DNA of 40,069 bases, taken from Candidatus Limnocylindria bacterium (GTDB lineage: Bacteria > Chloroflexota > Limnocylindria > QHBO01). Where the stretch lies: positions 1-40,069 of the forward strand of contig JBGQCU010000003.1 of the NCBI GenBank assembly GCA_041495495.1, written 5' to 3'. Under the pieces are notes generated by a model, which saw nothing but the letters and a program-made list of their open reading frames with translations, made no database searches and was not told the origin of the DNA. The position numbers were made by a program, and so were the translations under genes. This document shows positions 1 through 5,235 of the stretch, piece by piece; the stretch's first letter is position 1; every line of letters starts with the position of its first letter.

Positions 1-1
1 C

Positions 2-1723
2 GATCCCACGCTGATCAGCAATGCCGAGATGGCGCGCGTCTTCAACGAGATCGCCGACATGCTGGAGATCTCCGGCGAGCTGGTCTACAAGGCGGTCGCC
101 TACCGTCGGGTGGCGGATGCGGTTGAGCGCTGGCCGGATGACGTCGCCCACCTGATCGTGGCCGGCGAGGCGCCCAAGATCCCGGGAGCCGGTCCGGCGT
201 TGAGCACCAAGCTGGCCGAGCTCGCCAGCACCGGACAGCTGGGCTACTACGACCGGATGCGCGCCCAGGTGCCGGCGGGGCTGCTCGAGATCCTGAAGAT
301 CCCCGGGGTTGGGCCGCGGACCGTCAAGCAGCTGCACGACGAGCTCGGCATCGAGTCGGTCGATGCACTCCGCGCGGCCGCCGAGGCCGGCACGCTGCGC
401 GGCGTGAAAGGCCTCTCGGCCCGGACCGAGGAGAACATCCTGGCCGCCATGGCGCGACAGGCAGCGCGCGGCACGCGCCTGCTGCTCCACGACGCCGACG
501 CCCTGATGGCCGGCCTCGTCGATCGGTTGCGCGAGGTGCCCGGTGTGCGCGCCATCGAGCCGGCCGGATCGCTCCGACGCCGCAAGGCGACCATCGGCGA
601 CCTGGACCTGTTGGCGGCGACCGATGACCCCGCCCGCCTGATCGCCGCGCTCGACGGCCTGCCCGGAGTCGAGGCGGTCCTCAGCGCGGGGAACGACAAG
701 TCGAGCATCGTGCTGGTCGACGGGCCCCAGGTCGACCTGATGGTCTGCCCGCCGGCCGCCTGGGGCAGCCACCTGGTCCACTTCACCGGCAGCAAGGAGC
801 ACAACGTCGCGCTGCGCGGGATGGCCCTGGAGCGTGGCCTCTCCCTGTCAGAGAAGGGCTTCAAGGTGGTCGACAGCGGCGCGCTGCAGCCGGTGGCGAC
901 CGAGGACGAGGTCTATGCGCGGCTCGGCCTGCCGTGGATCCCGCCCGAGCTGCGCGAGGACAGCGGCGAGATCCAGGCTGCGCTCGCAGGTCGCCTGCCG
1001 ACCCTCGTCAGCCTCACCGATCTGCGCGGCGACACGCACGTGCACTCGGACTGGACCGATGGGGTCGACTCGATCGAGGCGATGGCGCGCGCCGCCCGCG
1101 GGCTCGGCCACGAGTGGATCGTGCTGACCGACCACTCCCCGTCGCTGGGCATCACGCGTGGCCTGTCGGCCGAGCGGGTGGCCGAGCAGCGCGCGGAGAT
1201 CGACCGCCTCAACGTCGAGCTGGCTCCATTCCGCATCCTGCATGGCACGGAGATGGAGATCCGGGCTGACGCCACCCTCGACTATCCCGATGCGCTGCTC
1301 GCCGCTTTCGACCTGGTGGTGGCCAGCGTGCATACCGCCCGCGGGCAGTCGACCGAGCAGCTGACGCGCCGCACCCTGGCGGCGATCGACAACCCGCACG
1401 TTGACGTCATCGCGCACCCCACCGGCCGGATCGTCAACCGCCGCGACCCCATCGCCCTTGACTGGCCGCGCGTCTTCGAGGCCGCCGCCCGGACCGGCAC
1501 CGCGCTCGAGCTGAACGGCAGCCCGCGGCTTGACCTCGATGACGCGCTGGCGAGGGCCGCCGGACAGGCCGGCGCGCGCCTGACGCTGGCCAGCGACGCG
1601 CATCGGACCGAGGAGCTCGACCAGCTGCGCTACGCCGTCGCGATGGCGCGTCGCGCCTGGCTCAGCGCATCCCAGGTGATCGGCACGCGCAGCGCCGCCG
1701 AGCTGCTGGAGCTGGTGCGATGA
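2..1723 (+). CDS. polX: DNA polymerase X / PHP 3'-5' exonuclease (PolX); true start probably upstream of the window
   Basis: Frame is open from base 2 (DPTLISNAEMARVFNEIADMLE). Shows HhH IPGVGPRT, GSLRR..GDLD palm motif with VDL third Asp, HFTGSKEHN, and PHP motifs HVHSDWTDG, TDHS, AHPTGR and SDAH. Confidence 0.95.
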   Translation, partial: DPTLISNAEMARVFNEIADMLEISGELVYKAVAYRRVADAVERWPDDVAHLIVAGEAPKIPGAGPALSTKLAELASTGQLGYYDRMRAQVPAGLLEILKIPGVGPRTVKQLHDELGIESVDALRAAAEAGTLRGVKGLSARTEENILAAMARQAARGTRLLLHDADALMAGLVDRLREVPGVRAIEPAGSLRRRKATIGDLDLLAATDDPARLIAALDGLPGVEAVLSAGNDKSSIVLVDGPQVDLMVCPPAAWGSHLVHFTGSKEHNVALRGMALERGLSLSEKGFKVVDSGALQPVATEDEVYARLGLPWIPPELREDSGEIQAALAGRLPTLVSLTDLRGDTHVHSDWTDGVDSIEAMARAARGLGHEWIVLTDHSPSLGITRGLSAERVAEQRAEIDRLNVELAPFRILHGTEMEIRADATLDYPDALLAAFDLVVASVHTARGQSTEQLTRRTLAAIDNPHVDVIAHPTGRIVNRRDPIALDWPRVFEAAARTGTALELNGSPRLDLDDALARAAGQAGARLTLASDAHRTEELDQLRYAVAMARRAWLSASQVIGTRSAAELLELVR

Positions 1724-2496
1724 CCGCGGCCGGCGCCCGCGGTGAGCGGCTGTCCGCCAATCGGCGGCGCATTGAGCACCCCGAGGCGATCGTGCTGGCC
1801 CTGGTGGTCACCGGCCTGGCCGTCTATGGCTGGTTCGCGTCGCCCTTCTGGATGGCGGTGGCGATCGCGGCGCAGCTGGTTGTGGGCGGCCTGGGAGCGG
1901 TATGGGTCATCGGTCCGGTGCGGGCGCGGTTCGGCTTCGCACGGTATGGCACGTTCGCCGTGGCAGGCGCAGCCGCCACGTTGCTCGGCAGGTTGCTGGA
2001 GTCGGCCGCCCAGGTTGCCGCCGTGCCCGTGATCGCGGTGCTCCTCTTCGGCGTGCTGTGGCTGGAGCTGCGCCTCCCGGAGGGACGTTCACCACGCCTG
2101 GCCGTGGACCTCACCCTGGTCGGCATCGTCTTTGCGGCGGCCGCCGGGGTGGGGGCCACCTTCCCCGCCTTCTCCTGGCCGCCGACCGTGCTGCTGGTCG
2201 TCATCGCCGCCTCCGTTCCGGCGCTGCGCGCCGCCGAGCTGCGCGGACGCTACGGCGTCGAAGCGGTGGGGCAGGCGGTCCTGCACCTGCTGGCGATCGC
2301 ACAGCTGGGTGTCACCCTGGCGCTGCTGCACCTGCCCGGTGTCGTCGGAGCCGCGGTGCTTGCCCTCGGCTTCCATGCCTGGGCCGGCGCGGCAGAGGCC
2401 CTCGACAGTGGAGCTCGAGGTCGAGCGGTGCTCGTCGAATTCGGCAGCCTGGCGCTGCTGGGTCTGCTGGTCGCGCTCCTGCTGCGGCCGGCCTAA
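1720..2496 (+). CDS. Polytopic membrane protein of unknown function (about 8-9 TM), translationally coupled to polX
   Basis: ATGA overlap with polX stop; alternating hydrophobic segments over 258 aa; host-like codon style. Confidence 0.8.
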   Translation: MTAAGARGERLSANRRRIEHPEAIVLALVVTGLAVYGWFASPFWMAVAIAAQLVVGGLGAVWVIGPVRARFGFARYGTFAVAGAAATLLGRLLESAAQVAAVPVIAVLLFGVLWLELRLPEGRSPRLAVDLTLVGIVFAAAAGVGATFPAFSWPPTVLLVVIAASVPALRAAELRGRYGVEAVGQAVLHLLAIAQLGVTLALLHLPGVVGAAVLALGFHAWAGAAEALDSGARGRAVLVEFGSLALLGLLVALLLRPA

Positions 2497-2519
2497 GTTT
2501 CCCCCAGCCGACGTTCCAT

Positions 2520-3575
2520 TCACCGGCTCGAAGGCTTGGCGGATGGTGAGCTCCTTGGCTCAGGAGTTGGCTCAGGGCAGGACTGCCGCTCGGGTTCGAC
2601 AAGCCGGAATCGCAGCGTGAGGTGGACGGTCCGCGGCCAGCCGAGGACGCTGACCCGAACATCGAGGCTGTCGATCCCCTGGAAGCCCAACACCGGGGCG
2701 GGGTTCGACGGGTCGAAAGCGCTGCCGAGAGCGCAGGCGCCGGCACGCCCGACGAGCCAGATCGACTGGCCGCTGCGGGGCATGTCGAAGGGCGTAAATG
2801 GGCGGATCGGTCCGCTCATCCCACCGTTCGGCTCGCGGTCGATCCAAAGGGCCGTCGGCATCATTTCGGGGAGGAACGAGCGGGGATCCCGACCGAACAA
2901 GGGCGACACGATCCCCTCGATCCGGATGGGGAGCAGCCCGTCCGCCAAGAGGTAGAGCCCGACGCTGAAGCGGCCGTTCGCCGGGGCCAGCTCGTACAGC
3001 AGCTCCTCCCCCGAGCCGGGGACCTGCGGCGCCCTGACCGTGTTGAGGCCCAACCCGTAGCCGGAATCGAGAACCGTGACGGGAATGAGGGCTGCCACGA
3101 CAGCCCAGCCTGCGAGCACCACGGCGACTATGGCTGGGAAAAAACGCCGCCGCCCGCGGACGGTCATCGCCAGGATCCCCAGTGCGGCGCAGGCGAGCAC
3201 GACGGGGATGGCCGGTGATAGGTCATCGGTCCCGCTGACGCCGGGGCCCTGGAGCGTCGGATCGAAGGCCCCGACCGGAGACTCGACGGCGGATGCACTG
3301 GCGACCGTCCCGACGGGCGATGATGCGCCGGGACCGGTAGCTGGTCCGAGGTGGCGGGGCGCCGTGAGGCCGATGACGGCCACGAGAATGACCGCCGCGA
3401 GCCCGACCACGGCTGCGAACGGACGTCTCAGTTGTGACGGCTTGGTCGACTCGGCTTCTTCCGGGACGTCCTGCACCCATGATCGAAGCACGTCTGTGGC
3501 AGCGCCGGGATCGCGCCGGCGCAGCACCGTGCGCAGCTCGTCCTCGAGACGCGGATCGCCTGGCTGCCCGGTCAT
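2520..3575 (-). CDS. Putative membrane-anchored anti-sigma factor / sensor
   Basis: ATGA overlap with the ECF sigma stop. Short helical N-terminus (LEDELRTVLRRRDP), about 3 hydrophobic segments, and a C-terminal domain with two Cys and a Pro/Ser-rich tail. Anti-sigma role inferred from position. Confidence 0.65.
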   Translation of the reverse strand: MTGQPGDPRLEDELRTVLRRRDPGAATDVLRSWVQDVPEEAESTKPSQLRRPFAAVVGLAAVILVAVIGLTAPRHLGPATGPGASSPVGTVASASAVESPVGAFDPTLQGPGVSGTDDLSPAIPVVLACAALGILAMTVRGRRRFFPAIVAVVLAGWAVVAALIPVTVLDSGYGLGLNTVRAPQVPGSGEELLYELAPANGRFSVGLYLLADGLLPIRIEGIVSPLFGRDPRSFLPEMMPTALWIDREPNGGMSGPIRPFTPFDMPRSGQSIWLVGRAGACALGSAFDPSNPAPVLGFQGIDSLDVRVSVLGWPRTVHLTLRFRLVEPERQSCPEPTPEPRSSPSAKPSSR

Positions 3576-4141
3576 CGCTCTGCCACCTCGAGGGCGGTCC
3601 GCAGGCGCCCCATCGCGTGGTGCAACCGCGATTTCACCGTGCCCTCGGGGATCCTGAGCACCTCCGCGATGCCCGGGACGGTCAGGTCCGAGTAGAAGCG
3701 CAGCGTGACCACGACCTGTTCGTCGAGCGTCAGGCCGACGACCGCGCGGTCAAGCGCGTCACGCGCCGCTGTCGCCTCGGAGGCGTCTGCGATTCGCGGG
3801 TGCTCCGCCTCGATGAGCTTGCGACTGACGCCATCCCGGGCGCGCCTCGCGCGGTCCCGCAGCCGGTCCCGGCACTCGTTCACGAGGATCCGGCGGAACC
3901 ACGCGTCGAAGCGGGTCGGGTCGCGGAGGCCCGCGAAGCCACGCCAGGCGGCGACCGCCGCCTCATGGACCGCATCCTCGGCCTCAATGCGATCGTTGAG
4001 GATCACCCCGGCCAGTCGATAGGCTCCATCGAGCTGCCGGTCCACGAGTCCACGGAATGTGTCAGCCCGCAGGTCGGTGACCCGCAGCGCCTCGAGCCGC
4101 TTCTCGTCGCCAATCGGTTTCGCCACCAAGCTCCCCAGCAT
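3572..4141 (-). CDS. ECF RNA polymerase sigma-70 factor (189 aa; real gene is the 3' part of the 653-aa ORF)
   Basis: Region 2 (AYRLAGVIL..AEDAVHEA..FDAWFRRILVNEC) and region 4 (LRFYSDLT..IAEVLRIPEGTVKSRLHHA). ATG at 4141 has GGAGG about 9 nt upstream. Confidence 0.92.
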   Translation of the reverse strand: MLGSLVAKPIGDEKRLEALRVTDLRADTFRGLVDRQLDGAYRLAGVILNDRIEAEDAVHEAAVAAWRGFAGLRDPTRFDAWFRRILVNECRDRLRDRARRARDGVSRKLIEAEHPRIADASEATAARDALDRAVVGLTLDEQVVVTLRFYSDLTVPGIAEVLRIPEGTVKSRLHHAMGRLRTALEVAER

Positions 4142-4167
4142 CCGCTGTCGCCTCCGTTCATCCGATC

Positions 4168-4195
4168 TGACGAACCGGCATGGCGAATCGTTCGC
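4168..4195 (-). promoter_or_regulatory. Candidate ECF-type autoregulatory promoter GAAC-N17-CGTC
   Basis: Minus strand reads GCGAAC gattcgccatgccggtt CGTCA about 27 nt upstream of the sigma ATG; fits the generic ECF AAC/CGT consensus. Confidence 0.55.
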
Positions 4196-4289
4196 GAGGA
4201 TAGACGCTGGGGCACCTGACTCATAGAGCCGGACGTGTCCGGGTTCGCGGTCGTCTCTGTGGGGGCTCTCGTCCTTTCTCCGGTGCGCG

Positions 4290-4318
4290 TTGACACCCCT
4301 GTCGGGCTCTGCTACAAG
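4290..4318 (+). promoter_or_regulatory. Sigma-A-type promoter for the TPR / MTase-like operon
   Basis: Perfect TTGACA (4290-4295), 17-nt spacer, TGc-TACAAG extended -10 (4313-4318). Confidence 0.6.
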
Positions 4319-4399
4319 TAGGCGCCCTTCGGCCGGGTGACCGGATTCGGACGGGCATTTCGTGCATCTGGACCGCCTCACGGAGAGCCTGGGGAGACG

Positions 4400-5227
4400 A
4401 TGACGCTCGGAGAGACGGAGCCCACCAACCGGCAGCGTCGCCACCTTACCGAGGTCGCGATCGGGCAGGCCACGCGCGGCGAATGGGAGGCGGCAGTCGC
4501 CAGCAACCGCGAGATCCTGGAGCTGGGCGGCGACACCGATGCCTACAACCGGCTGGGCAAGGCGCTGGCAGAGCTGGGCCGCCACGCCGAGGCGCTGGAG
4601 GCGTACCAGGCCGCTCTGGCACGCGATGCCACCAATCGGATCGCGGAGCGCAACGTCGGGCGGCTGCGGGTCATCGCCGGCGGCGACGGAGCGGCGGTTG
4701 GCGACGGCAAGCCCGAGAAGGCATCCGCTGCGCATTTCATCGAGGAGATGGGCAAGACCGGCCACGCCCGCCTGATCAACTTGCTGCCGGCCAAGCAGCT
4801 CGCCCCGCTCTCCGCCGGCGATACCGTGGAGCTGGTCCTGGACGCCGGTCAACTGCTGGCCAGGGTGGGGGAGGTCGAGATCGGGCAGGTCGAGCCGCGC
4901 ATCGGCTCGCGGCTGGCCAAGCTCATGAAGGGCGGCAACCGCTACGAGGCGGCGATCACCACGGTCGACGGCCACGAGGTGCGGGTCATCATCCACGAGG
5001 CCTTCGCCAGCCCGTCCAATTTCGGCAAGGTCAGCTTCCCGGCAAGCGCCACGGGCCGGGCGAGTGACGTCAGGCCGTACATCAAGGGCACCCCGCTCCG
5101 CTACGATGACGAGGAGGAATCCGAGGAGTACGAGGAGGAGTCCGAGGAGGTCGAGGAGCTCGACACCACCCTTCCGGAGTTCTCCGCCGAACCCGACCTC
5201 GAGGAAGAGCTGCTCGAAGAACCGTAG
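4400..5227 (+). CDS. TPR protein with HIRAN-like beta-barrel domain and highly acidic C-terminal tail
   Basis: ATG 4400 after GGGGAG. About 2 TPRs (AYNRLGKALAELGRHAEALEAYQAAL), then FIEEMGKT, then LSAGDTVEL..IGQVEPRIGSRLAKLMKGGNRYEAAI (HIRAN-like by eye). 23 of the last 40 residues are D/E. Confidence 0.85.
   Translation: MTLGETEPTNRQRRHLTEVAIGQATRGEWEAAVASNREILELGGDTDAYNRLGKALAELGRHAEALEAYQAALARDATNRIAERNVGRLRVIAGGDGAAVGDGKPEKASAAHFIEEMGKTGHARLINLLPAKQLAPLSAGDTVELVLDAGQLLARVGEVEIGQVEPRIGSRLAKLMKGGNRYEAAITTVDGHEVRVIIHEAFASPSNFGKVSFPASATGRASDVRPYIKGTPLRYDDEEESEEYEEESEEVEELDTTLPEFSAEPDLEEELLEEP
5105..5224 (+). repeat. Low-complexity acidic tract (GAG-rich)
   Basis: DDEEESEEYEEESEEVEELD...LEEELLEEP; no K/R in the last 40 aa. 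Confidence 0.85.
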
Positions 5228-5235
5228 GAGCCCGA

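Noticed and set aside
2497-4215. IS/transposon ends around the ECF cassette (CCCCAGC / GCTGGGG)
   Set aside because: Only a 7-bp GC-rich match; no transposase or target-site duplication.
4142-4399. LexA (GAAC-N4-GTTC) box upstream of the putative repair genes
   Set aside because: GAAC and GTTC half-sites occur but not with 4-nt spacing; no SOS box supported. The polX upstream region is outside the window.
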